A stretch of 64,000 nt of DNA from Selaginella moellendorffii (Eukaryota; Plantae; Lycopodiophyta), in NCBI RefSeq assembly GCF_000143415.4, contig NW_003314270.1:186001-250000 (forward strand). The letters are read 5' to 3'. Below the pieces are notes generated by a model. The model did not search any database. It was not told the origin of the DNA and worked only from the letters and a program-made list of their open reading frames with translations. The position numbers and the translations under genes are program-made. Of this stretch, positions 63,151-64,000 are shown piece by piece. Numbering within the stretch: the first letter of the stretch is position 1; each line of letters starts with the position of its first letter.

Positions 63151-64000
63151 CAACGAACCTCTGGGTTAGTTAATGAACAAATCCAAAGAATCAGCTGAAA
63201 AGCGCGTCAGGGTAAAAGGTAACTCCAAAGGGGTAAAAGAACTCCTAGGGTTTTTGTGGCTCTCTTGCACGCAAAGATGTGGCACGGCCAAGTGTGGAGA
63301 GTCACACGGCCGGCACCAGCAACCATCACCGTACTTGTGGTGGTACCGAAGAGCTTGACTGAATCAAAGGTGGTCTGAAAGTTGTGGTAACGTGCGAGAT
63401 TTTATGGTGGTGGTCGGAGGAGTCGCTGTAAGAAGATGAGTAGGAGCATGTTCTTGAAAGGCATCGATCTGTGGTGGTGGTGATCTCCGTTGAAGATCGA
63501 GAAGCTCTTTCTTGAAGACTATATAGTTGCTGGAACTATATGTGGCTATGTTGTGTCAGTAACTGGATCTCCACCTCTTACGCCATCATGGATCTACCCT
63601 CACTTATGCTGACAATTGCCTTGGCTGCCCCTATCCAGCTCCTTTTCCACCAAGAACAAGGCTAGCTCTGTCTCAATGAAATTAATTTGATGGCTCATGG
63701 GTTGCAATGGGAAGTGGGAATGAGGTGATGACAAGGTATCTATCATCAAAAGTACTATTAAAGCTTTTTCTTGAATGTGCTTCATTTGGATAGGGACCAG
63801 AGCAGCTGATCAAGCATAGTAAAACGTGGACGAAAGCAGATTATATGGCCTTGATACGCCTCAAGCACCATGAATACTTGTTGCGCTGGGAAGAAAGGAG
63901 AAGGTTGTTATTCTATGTTCAATGGCAGCAGATTGTAAACAAGATGGAAGATGTAACCATTAGCAAATGCAACCATGCATGGCAAAATCTGGTTGTCATG

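Overview
Eukaryotic land-plant genomic DNA with dense genes and very short introns (about 45-70 nt). This architecture and the PLS/DYW-PPR genes suggest the lycophyte Selaginella (inference, not verified). Apparently intact genes: a PLS-type PPR, a small 8-Cys nsLTP-like protein, PEX19, PRL1, a GDSL lipase, an F-box gene, a ~16.7 kb VPS13 (M-type), a class III peroxidase with substituted distal catalytic residues, HMT, a type I MADS-box gene and a DYW-PPR. Degraded elements: an Orn/Lys/Arg decarboxylase pseudogene, two ZNFX1-like (NFX1 zinc-finger/RZ-finger) fragments, a fungal-type 2OG-Fe(II) oxygenase remnant, and a decayed Ty3/Gypsy retrotransposon (~16.3-22 kb) with a nested TRIM. The main discovery is a locally duplicated family (23-33 kb) of two-exon small secreted-peptide genes: 3 intact copies and 2 pseudogenes. 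The ORF track misses them because their conserved C-terminus lies in a 59-nt second exon. They end in a 15-residue motif, (E/N)(F/M)RPx(N/S)xxPPxCC(N/K)P-stop, whose first half aligns with the seed-plant CEP hormone domain but which ends in a vicinal Cys-Cys. This is a candidate undescribed peptide-signal family.
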